Part shown: one piece after another, positions 1 through 7,425 of the stretch
Position numbering within the stretch: position 1 is the first letter of the stretch
How the letters are laid out: each line of letters opens with the position of its first letter
From: Myxococcota bacterium
Lineage (GTDB): Bacteria; Myxococcota_A; SURF-8
DNA: 64,000 nt
Direction of reading: 5' to 3'
NCBI GenBank assembly: GCA_963674735.2
Contig: CAXXQS010000002.1
Coordinates: forward strand, 320,001-384,000
Translations under genes and position numbers: made by a program
Notes under the pieces: generated by a model
Seen by the model: only the letters and a program-made list of their open reading frames with translations
Told to the model about the DNA's origin: nothing
The model's database searches: none

Positions 1-1824
1 GGCATTCCCGCCACCATCCTTTTATTGATTCTTATTCTCACCAAAGGAGCCAATATCGGCGTCTCCATGCTGTGGGCGGTCGCCGTGATTCTGGCCATAT
101 CGCTGCTGATGTTTTTCATGGGTGAGCCGCTTACCGCCCAACCGGAGTTGAACATTCTGGCGCGAGTGGAAAACGCCGACGGCTTTTTCTACGTCTTCGC
201 CATCGTTTTTCCCGCCTTCACCGGCATGACCGCCGGAGTGGGATTATCGGGTGATCTGAAAAACCCGCGTCGCGCCATTCCTCTCGGCACCGTGGCCGCC
301 ACGCTGTTCGGTATGGTCGTCTACCTGCTGGTCATCGTTAAAATGGGCCGCAGCGCCAGTCCGGCCGACCTCGCAGGCGACCCCTTCATCATGGGCAAAA
401 TCGCCATCTGGGAACCCATCATCTACATCGGCCTGGGCGCCGCCACGCTGTCGTCTTCCATCGGCTCGATCCTGGTGGCGCCGCGCACCTTGCAGGCTTT
501 GGCCGGCGACCGCGCCTTCGGCAACGCCGCCGTCAACGACGCACTGGCACGCGGCAAAGGCGCGTCCAACGAACCGCTCAACGCCACCCTGTTCACCGCC
601 GTCATCGTTTTGGCCGTGGTATCGCTGGGCAACATCGACTTCGTGGCTCAGATCATCAGCCTGTTTTTCATGGTCACCTACGGCGCGCTTTGCTCCATCA
701 GCTTTCTTCAGCACTTTTCCGGCAGCCCCTCCTATCGGCCCACCTTCCGCACCAAGTGGTATTTTTCCCTGGTGGGCGCGGTAGCCTGTCTGGTGATGAT
801 GTACCTCATGCAGCCGTTGTACTCGGTGCTGGCGCTGTTTGTCATGGCCCTGATTTACCTGTGGATGAAACGGACCATGAGCGGCGACCGCGACCTTTCC
901 ACGCTTTTGGCCGGGGTGCTGTCGCAGATCGTGCGCAATCTGCAACTGCTGCTTCAAAAACGCCATACCACCGACGACGCGGCCAACTGGCGTCCCAGCT
1001 TCATCGCCATCTCGGCGCAGTCGTTCAAACGCCTGGGGGCCTTTGACCTTCTGCGCTGGATTTCGCAATACCAAGGGTTCGGAAGCTATATTCACTATAT
1101 TGAAGGACCGCTCACCCGCGAAACCAACGAAGACGCCAAGGCGCTGCTTTCGCGGCTGATCGAACAAAGCCAGGCCAGCCGGGCGGGTATTTACGTCGAC
1201 ACCATCATCTCGCCCAGCTTCAAAACCGCCGTCGCCCAGATCGTGCAGATTCCCGGCATCTCCGGGATGGACAACAACAGCATTTTGTTCGACTACACGG
1301 CGGACGACAGCGAGAAAATCATCACCGACATCGTGCATGGCAGCCAGTTCGCGTCGGTGGCGGGTTTCAACGTCTGCGTGCTGCGTTCGTCCAAGCGTCA
1401 TTTCGGCTACAAGCGCCGCATCCACATCTGGTTCACCCCCGGTGATTACCGCAATGCCAACCTGATGATTCTGCTGGCCTACATCATCGTCGGCCACGAA
1501 GAATGGCACGACACCGAGATCAAAATTTTCGCAGCCTTCACGGAGGAGCGCCTGGAAAGCGGCGTGCAGCACCTCAACGATCTGATCGCCAAGGGGCGTC
1601 TGCCGATTTCGCCCAAGAACATCGAGCGTATCCCCATGCAGGACGACGGCGAATTCGAGTCGCTGGTCAATCGTCATTCGGAGAGCGCCGATCTGGTCGT
1701 CACCGGGTTATCGCTCGATAAAATGCACGAGGACGGCGGGGCTTTTCTCACCCGTTTCAACGCGGTGAACGACCTGTTGTTCGTGTGGGTGGGCCAGCGC
1801 ATTCTCATCGCCGACGAAAGCTAG
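1..1824 (+). CDS. Amino acid permease / SLC12 (cation-chloride cotransporter)-like protein, 5'-truncated by the window
   Basis: Many TM helices, FPAFTGMTAG...SGDLKNP motif, soluble C-terminal domain starting NWRPS. The frame is open from base 1. Confidence 0.85.
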   Translation, partial: GIPATILLLILILTKGANIGVSMLWAVAVILAISLLMFFMGEPLTAQPELNILARVENADGFFYVFAIVFPAFTGMTAGVGLSGDLKNPRRAIPLGTVAATLFGMVVYLLVIVKMGRSASPADLAGDPFIMGKIAIWEPIIYIGLGAATLSSSIGSILVAPRTLQALAGDRAFGNAAVNDALARGKGASNEPLNATLFTAVIVLAVVSLGNIDFVAQIISLFFMVTYGALCSISFLQHFSGSPSYRPTFRTKWYFSLVGAVACLVMMYLMQPLYSVLALFVMALIYLWMKRTMSGDRDLSTLLAGVLSQIVRNLQLLLQKRHTTDDAANWRPSFIAISAQSFKRLGAFDLLRWISQYQGFGSYIHYIEGPLTRETNEDAKALLSRLIEQSQASRAGIYVDTIISPSFKTAVAQIVQIPGISGMDNNSILFDYTADDSEKIITDIVHGSQFASVAGFNVCVLRSSKRHFGYKRRIHIWFTPGDYRNANLMILLAYIIVGHEEWHDTEIKIFAAFTEERLESGVQHLNDLIAKGRLPISPKNIERIPMQDDGEFESLVNRHSESADLVVTGLSLDKMHEDGGAFLTRFNAVNDLLFVWVGQRILIADES

Positions 1825-1902
1825 GAGCGTATCGAATGGACATCCTTCTCCTCTTTGCCCTCCCGGTTGGTTCAGGTCTCAGATAGTAGCGACTGTTATC
1901 GG

Positions 1903-1908
1903 TGTCAA
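1903..1908 (-). promoter_or_regulatory. -35 box (TTGACA) of the IS circle-junction promoter
   Basis: Joining the ends gives TTGACA-ccgataacagtcgCTtg (17 nt)-TATTAT. Confidence 0.85.
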
Positions 1909-2840
1909 GCGAAATTCGGGTTCCAGGCTTCGTTTTTCCGCATCATCGTGTTGAGAATGAGGACCAATTTTCGCATGCAGGCCACCACCGCCGTCATCTT
2001 CGGTTTGCCGCGTCCGACCAGCCGCTGGTAGTGTCCGCGAATCACCGGGTTGTGTTGAATCGCCACCAGCGTCGGCATGTAGAGCGCCGTGCGCAGGCGA
2101 TGACGACCGCCGCCGGTCATGCGTTTACCCCGAAACGTTCCGCTGTCCCGATTCATGGGCGCCACGCCGATCAACGCCGCGATCTGCCGCCGGTTGTAGA
2201 TCCCCAGCTCCGGCAGATCCGTCACCAGAAGATTCGCCGTGCACGCGCCGACGCCCGGCATCGTTTGGAGCCGCGCGGCCCGGTCGCTGCGCTCCCGATC
2301 CGATGCAATGGCCGCCGCGATGGCCCGATCCAGCCGCTCGATTTCCCGTTCGATCACCTCCAGAATGCGGTGCAGGCTTTGTCCGATCGTCCGATCGCCC
2401 ACGTGTTCGGTGCGGTTTTTCTCCATCGTGCGCATGGCGACCAGCTGCCGCCTCCGTGAAGACAGGGCTTTTAACAGGAGGGCGGTTTCGCCGAGCGTTT
2501 CGTTCGGTGCGGGACGCATGGCGGCTGCGTAGCGTGCGATGATGCCCGCATCGAGTCGATCCGTTTTCGCCATCACGCCGACGGCGCGGGCATAATCCCG
2601 GATGCGCCGGGGATTGACCACCGCCACCGGCCAACCCGCTTTCTGAAGACGTTTGCACAGCTCCCGTTCGTAGCCGCCGGTGGCTTCCATCACGACGCCC
2701 TCCACCTCGATCCGCTTCAACGAACGGACGAAGCGTGTCATGCCGGCTTTGGTGTAAGCGTAGCGGACGCACGTGCTTTCGCCGTCGACGGCGACATCGA
2801 AAACGGCTTTGCTGACGTCGATCCCGATCCATTTCTTCAT
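1905..2840 (-). CDS. IS110 family DEDD recombinase (transposase)
   Basis: GIDVSK, VMEATG and KTDRLDA supply the DEDD residues. C-terminal PGVG and RDSG (catalytic Ser-like) motifs. Confidence 0.96.
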   Translation of the reverse strand: MKKWIGIDVSKAVFDVAVDGESTCVRYAYTKAGMTRFVRSLKRIEVEGVVMEATGGYERELCKRLQKAGWPVAVVNPRRIRDYARAVGVMAKTDRLDAGIIARYAAAMRPAPNETLGETALLLKALSSRRRQLVAMRTMEKNRTEHVGDRTIGQSLHRILEVIEREIERLDRAIAAAIASDRERSDRAARLQTMPGVGACTANLLVTDLPELGIYNRRQIAALIGVAPMNRDSGTFRGKRMTGGGRHRLRTALYMPTLVAIQHNPVIRGHYQRLVGRGKPKMTAVVACMRKLVLILNTMMRKNEAWNPNFA

Positions 2841-3049
2841 GGCGCACCCTTCCTTGCCAATACGGGCTCATTTCGATTACAATGGCCCCTGCGACTGTTC
2901 GGGTTTTCCCGGACGAAACGGACGGCGGATCCGGCTACAAAACGGGCTCATCAGGCCCCAGGATGGGACGATCTCGCCGCCCACCACGGCCTCCCGCTTG
3001 CTACGGGAGGTCGTTTCATCTTATCATCACAAACGATGACAGTCGCTTG
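2841..3049 (-). ncRNA. Predicted bridge RNA of the IS110 element
   Basis: Stem-loop at 3012-2988. Target guides CCCATCCT (2967-2960) and GTAG (2938-2935). Donor guides AACAGTCGC (2899-2891) and CAAG (2856-2853). Each guide pair flanks an internal hairpin. The ends are approximate. Confidence 0.85.
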
Positions 3050-3055
3050 AAAGGG

Positions 3056-3061
3056 ATAATA
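3056..3061 (-). promoter_or_regulatory. -10 box (TATTAT) of the IS circle-junction promoter
   Basis: Lies 2 nt inside the left-end core. It pairs with the right-end -35 only after circularisation. Confidence 0.85.
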
Positions 3062-3065
3062 CAAG

Positions 3066-3412
3066 GATGGGCAACTTGTTGCCCATCGCGATGCCTAGAT
3101 GGAAGATCGAACAGAAAGTAGGTCGGACAGATTTTTGAGTGTTGGAGCGCGTCTGCGACGGGCTCCCGGCTTTGTTTTTTTCCTAATACAAGCAGGTCAG
3201 AGACCTGCTCGAACGGAAAGAGACCTGCTCGAACGGAAGGAGACCCCGTCTTCGCTTCTCCCGGAATCGTAACCTCACCCGCCCGCTTCGCGGACCCTCT
3301 CCCACAGGAGAGGGCAAACCCGCCGTTGGAGCGCGTCTCCCGACAGGCTCCAATCTTGAAAGAGGTGCCGTGTTGGCACGCATGAAGACGGGCAACAAGT
3401 TGCCCATCCTAC
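3066..3412. repeat. BIME-like mosaic of REP palindromes
   Basis: Interrupted REP 3066-3087, GTAGGTCGGACAGATTTT 3118-3135, GTTGGAGCGCGTCT..CGAC.GGCTCC at ~3141 and ~3325, 20-bp tandem AGAGACCTGCTCGAACGGAA x2 (3199-3238), CCCTCTCCC...GGAGAGGG hairpin at ~3295-3313, inverted REP 3387-3412. Confidence 0.8.
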
Positions 3413-3521
3413 TTCTTTTTGTATGGTTTTCTGTTTGCTTTCTTTATCGCGTTGACACGCTGGCTGGGACAATAGCGAAAGATTTTGTTTTGCTGGAGCG
3501 CGTTGCAGGCAGACTCCCGCT

Positions 3522-4301
3522 TCAGCGGCGCGCCAGGAGATTGACCACCGCTTCGGGTTGACGCAAGTAGGCCGGAATGGGCGGTTCACCACTGTCACCG
3601 CAGGCCAGACGTGCCAGCAGACGTCGCCCCAGAATTTCGGCGTGCGGATGCACGAAAGCATCGTCGGCCAAAATGGTCCAGGCGGCGCGCGTCGGTTCGC
3701 GTTGCATGGCCGCCTCGATTTCGGCGCGATACGCCAGCGCCCCTTCTCCCACCAGCGCCAACGGACGACCGGCCTGCTGCGGGTCCAGCTCGTTGCAGAC
3801 TTCCGCGCTTCGTTCCAACCATTCGGAAAGCGGCATGACCGTCGGTTCGATGAAAAAGGGGTTAAGCGGGTCGTCCAGGCGACACAGGGCGGCATACACC
3901 TCGCCTTTGCGCGCATCCATCAAGGGCATGGCCCATTCGTAAGCCGGGGAACCGTCGGCGCGCGCGGCATTGCCGGCCAGCGTTTCGAGCGTGGAGAGGG
4001 CGTAAAGCGGCACCGAACGGGCGAAGGCCAACCCGGCGGCGGAGGCCAGTCCGATACGCACCGAGGTGAAGCTGCCGGGCCCGCGTGTGGTTCCCACGGC
4101 GGAGACGTCGGTCATGGTCAGCCCGGCGCGCGTCAGGACGCTTTTCACCATGGGCAACAGCGTTTCACTGTGATGGCGCTTGGGATCGTGTAAAAAATCC
4201 GCCGCCGCGCAATCGCCATCTTGAAAAACGGCCACCGACACACAGCGGGTGGAGGCTTCGAGCGCCAGAAAAACGGTCGGGATGGACATGGCGGCGCTCA
4301 T
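3522..4301 (-). CDS. tsaB: tRNA threonylcarbamoyladenosine biosynthesis protein TsaB
   Basis: LALEAST, HSETLLP, GPGSFTSVRIG, DARKGEVY and P.YLR motifs. Start overlaps the rseP stop (ATGA). Confidence 0.93.
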   Translation of the reverse strand: MSAAMSIPTVFLALEASTRCVSVAVFQDGDCAAADFLHDPKRHHSETLLPMVKSVLTRAGLTMTDVSAVGTTRGPGSFTSVRIGLASAAGLAFARSVPLYALSTLETLAGNAARADGSPAYEWAMPLMDARKGEVYAALCRLDDPLNPFFIEPTVMPLSEWLERSAEVCNELDPQQAGRPLALVGEGALAYRAEIEAAMQREPTRAAWTILADDAFVHPHAEILGRRLLARLACGDSGEPPIPAYLRQPEAVVNLLARR

Positions 4302-6229
4302 CCGAAAATGCGGTCCCAATAGCGTTCCAGGTCGTTTTTGAACACCAGGGCCATCAAGGTCATCAACATGGCGAAGCCTACCATCAGGGCACGTTCCTTG
4401 AGCTTTTGATTCAGCGGACGGCGCGTGATCGCCTCGATGGTGAAGAACATCAGGTGCCCGCCGTCGAGCACCGGGATGGGCAGCAGGTTCAAAAGACCCA
4501 GGTTGATCGAAATCATGGCCATGATCCACAGGTAGCTCTGCCAGCCGCGTTCGGCGGCGCGCCCGGCCACATCGAAAATCATGATCGGACCGCCCAGCAT
4601 CTTGAGCGCAATGTCGCCCGAGAACAGCTTGACGAACACCCGGATTTCCATCAGCGTGATTTCCATCAAGGTACTGGTGGACGCACTCACCGCGAAAGCG
4701 AAGCGGCCGCGAATGGGAATGCGCTCGCCATCCAGCCAGTCGCCGGACGAAATCGCCGGAAACGCGCCGAAGCGGTAGCGCGTGACATCCTCGTTCATTT
4801 CGCCCTTCACCACCTCCTTGACTTGCGAAACGACCACCTCGCGGGTCTGGCCGTCACGCAACAACGTAAAGGTGATGGGCGCCTCGCGCTTTTCGCGCAA
4901 CACCAGCTCCAGCGACAGCCAGGCCGAAATGCGGCGGCCATCCACCGCCAGCACCACATCACCCGACTGGAAGCCCGCCAAAGCGGCGGGGGAGCCTTCA
5001 TCCAGTTTTTTCACGATGACATCGGCCGAGTACAAACCGCTGACAAAGCCCATCCCGTCGGGACTCGGCTTGGGAACGAGTTTTACCTGGCGCGTCGTCG
5101 TCTCGCCCGCTTCGTTGCGCCGCTCCAGATCGAGCAGCAAGGCCCGCCCCGACTCGTGCACTTCAGCCAGCAACCGGTCGAGTTCCCAGATGTAGCGGAT
5201 CGGCTGACCATTGACCGCCGTCAATCGGTCGCCCAACCGCACCCCGGCCTTGGCGGCGGGCGAGGCGCTTCCGTCGGGACCAACGATGGCCGGAATGGTG
5301 CTCGACGTGATGCCGATGCGCCCCTGGCTGACTTCGTCGCCGATCATGTTGCGGAAGGTCGACAGATCGGGCGTGATGCTGCGGGTGAAAGTCTGGCCGT
5401 CGCGTTCGACGGTCAACGCGAGGTTCTCGCCGCCGCGCTCGGCGATCAGTTCGGCCATGTCGGACCAATATTGCGTCTCCCGGCCGTCCACCGCCATAAT
5501 GAGATCGCCCGGCTGAAGACCCGCTCTTTCACTCGGCGAGTCCGCCAGCACCTGCCCGATGCGGGTGGAGGGCAGATCCGTAATCGCCATAAAATAGACG
5601 AAATAAATCAAGCCGGGAAACAGCAGGGAGGCCAGCGGACCGGCCAGTACGACCAAAAATCGCTGCCACACCGGCTTCTGGAAAAAGGCGTGTTTAATCA
5701 ACTCGGGGTGATCGCCCACCGACAAACCGAGGTCGGGGAATTCCATGCCACCGGAGCGTCCGTTGGCCTGTTCGGGCAATTCCATCCCCACCGCCGGATC
5801 GTCCAACGGGATGGAGAAAGCCAGGGTTTGGCCCTCGCGCTCGATCTCCATGGAAATCGGACGCAGCGGCACATCCTCCAGCAGATCCTGCACGTCGGTC
5901 CAGTTCTCGACCGGCTGTCCCTGCACCTTGAGAATCAGGTCGTTTCGCCGCAACCCGGCCAGATAAGCGGGCTCGGCGGCTTCCACGTTCAGAACGCCCG
6001 GCGGAATCGGCTCGGACGATTCCTGGGCCAGCAGTTTGACATACCCGCCCAGCGGAATGGCCGAAATGGCATATTCCGTCTCGCCGAAGGTGAACTTCAC
6101 GAGGCGTGGACCGAAGCCGATGGAAAAACGGATCACCTTGACGCCGGTGAGCTTGGCCACCACGAAATGGCCCATTTCATGCGCCAGCACCAAGATGCCG
6201 AGTAAGAGCAATGCCCAGAAAAACCACAT
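4298..6229 (-). CDS. rseP: RIP metalloprotease RseP with four PDZ-like domains
   Basis: HEMGH, FSIGFGP, PLGGYV and NLLPIPVLDGG motifs. RBS GAGGAG precedes the ATG at 6229. Lies downstream of dxr. Confidence 0.93.
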   Translation of the reverse strand: MWFFWALLLLGILVLAHEMGHFVVAKLTGVKVIRFSIGFGPRLVKFTFGETEYAISAIPLGGYVKLLAQESSEPIPPGVLNVEAAEPAYLAGLRRNDLILKVQGQPVENWTDVQDLLEDVPLRPISMEIEREGQTLAFSIPLDDPAVGMELPEQANGRSGGMEFPDLGLSVGDHPELIKHAFFQKPVWQRFLVVLAGPLASLLFPGLIYFVYFMAITDLPSTRIGQVLADSPSERAGLQPGDLIMAVDGRETQYWSDMAELIAERGGENLALTVERDGQTFTRSITPDLSTFRNMIGDEVSQGRIGITSSTIPAIVGPDGSASPAAKAGVRLGDRLTAVNGQPIRYIWELDRLLAEVHESGRALLLDLERRNEAGETTTRQVKLVPKPSPDGMGFVSGLYSADVIVKKLDEGSPAALAGFQSGDVVLAVDGRRISAWLSLELVLREKREAPITFTLLRDGQTREVVVSQVKEVVKGEMNEDVTRYRFGAFPAISSGDWLDGERIPIRGRFAFAVSASTSTLMEITLMEIRVFVKLFSGDIALKMLGGPIMIFDVAGRAAERGWQSYLWIMAMISINLGLLNLLPIPVLDGGHLMFFTIEAITRRPLNQKLKERALMVGFAMLMTLMALVFKNDLERYWDRIFG

Positions 6230-6252
6230 ATTAATCGATCTCCTCGCAATCG

Positions 6253-7425
6253 TTAGCGGGAACGAATCACCCGTACAGCTTCCCGTCGCGCCCAAGCGTC
6301 GATGGCCCGAACGTCGGCCAGGCTGTCCGCCCCTTCCCCCAGCCGCGCCGCCACGGCGCGCCGCAAGACCTCTCCATTAGTAGAGGCGATTCGGGTAAAA
6401 GGCAAGTTTCCATTGAGAAATTCCGCCACGCTCACCTCGTTGGCGGCGTTGAGGGCGGCCGGATAACCCGCCCCGGCCTCAAGGGCGTCGTAGGCGAGCC
6501 ACAGACACTTATATCGACTCGCTTCAGGCTCGAAAAATTCCCAGGTTCCAAGGGTTTGCGCCGGAAACGGCAGCAGGCCGGGCAGGCGCTCGGGATAGCT
6601 GAGCGCATAGCCGATGGGTCCGCGCATGTCGGGCGCACCCGCCTGAGCCAACAAGGCCCCGTCGCTCAGCGCCACCAACGAATGAACGACGCTCTGCGGA
6701 TGAATACGCACCTCGATGCGCTCGGCCGGCCAGTCGAACAGCCAGCGCGCCTCGATGACCTCCAACCCTTTGTTCATCAACGTGGCGGAATCCACCGAGA
6801 TTTTCGGACCCATCGTCCACGTGGGATGGGCAACGGCTTCCTGCGGGGTGACGGACTCCAGCGTGTCGAGGGGACGTGTCCGCAGCGGTCCGCCCGAAGC
6901 GGTGAGGATCAGACGATCGATCTGCTCGCGCGCAACCCCTTGCAAACACTGAAATATCGCCGAGTGTTCCGAGTCTACCGGAATGATTTCAGCCTGATAA
7001 CGCGCCGCCGTGGCCATCACCAGCGCTCCGGCGGCCGCCAGAGATTCCTTATTGGCCAGCGCCACCCGCTTCCCCGCCGCACAGGCTGCCAGCGTGGGAG
7101 CCAAACCGGCAAACCCGACGATGGCCGACAACACCACGTCGGTCCGAGGATCCGCCGCAACCGCGCACACGCCCTCTTCCCCGCTCATAATTTCCGGGGC
7201 GTCGTCGCCGAGACGCGTGCGCAACCGGTCGGCCGCCTGCGGGTCGGCCAGCGCCGCGCAGACGGGCCGGTGAGTCCGAATCTGCTCCGCCAGCGCCGCC
7301 TCATCGGAACCCGCCGCCAATGCGACGACCTCGATACGCTCGGGATAACGGGCCGCGACGTCCAGGGCCTGGCGACCGATGGAACCGGTGCTGCCCAAAA
7401 TGGCGACGCGGACGGGAGCGGTCAT
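6253..7425 (-). CDS. dxr: 1-deoxy-D-xylulose-5-phosphate reductoisomerase
   Basis: ILGSTGSIG, LANKES, PVDSEHSAIFQ, TASGGP and MGPKISVDSATLMNKGLE motifs. Confidence 0.97.
   Translation of the reverse strand: MTAPVRVAILGSTGSIGRQALDVAARYPERIEVVALAAGSDEAALAEQIRTHRPVCAALADPQAADRLRTRLGDDAPEIMSGEEGVCAVAADPRTDVVLSAIVGFAGLAPTLAACAAGKRVALANKESLAAAGALVMATAARYQAEIIPVDSEHSAIFQCLQGVAREQIDRLILTASGGPLRTRPLDTLESVTPQEAVAHPTWTMGPKISVDSATLMNKGLEVIEARWLFDWPAERIEVRIHPQSVVHSLVALSDGALLAQAGAPDMRGPIGYALSYPERLPGLLPFPAQTLGTWEFFEPEASRYKCLWLAYDALEAGAGYPAALNAANEVSVAEFLNGNLPFTRIASTNGEVLRRAVAARLGEGADSLADVRAIDAWARREAVRVIRSR

Larger units (their letters stand above)
1888..3065 (-). mobile_element. Complete IS110-family (IS621-like) insertion sequence
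   Basis: AG (CT on minus) core at both ends (1888-1889, 3064-3065). Removing the element restores GTAGGATGGGCAACTTGTTGCCCATC, identical to the intact REP at 10015-10040. Confidence 0.92.

Noticed and set aside
1880-1908. Hybrid outward promoter TTGACA-N17-TATCTG reading antisense into the permease
   Set aside because: The -10 lacks the conserved final T, so it is too weak to call.
2948-2954. CTGATGA (minus strand) as a hammerhead ribozyme core
   Set aside because: It forms the loop of the hairpin between the target guides, and no correctly placed GAAA or stems are present.
3199-3238. 20-bp tandem repeat and REP clusters as a possible CRISPR array
   Set aside because: There are no unique spacers or regular periodicity, and no cas genes.
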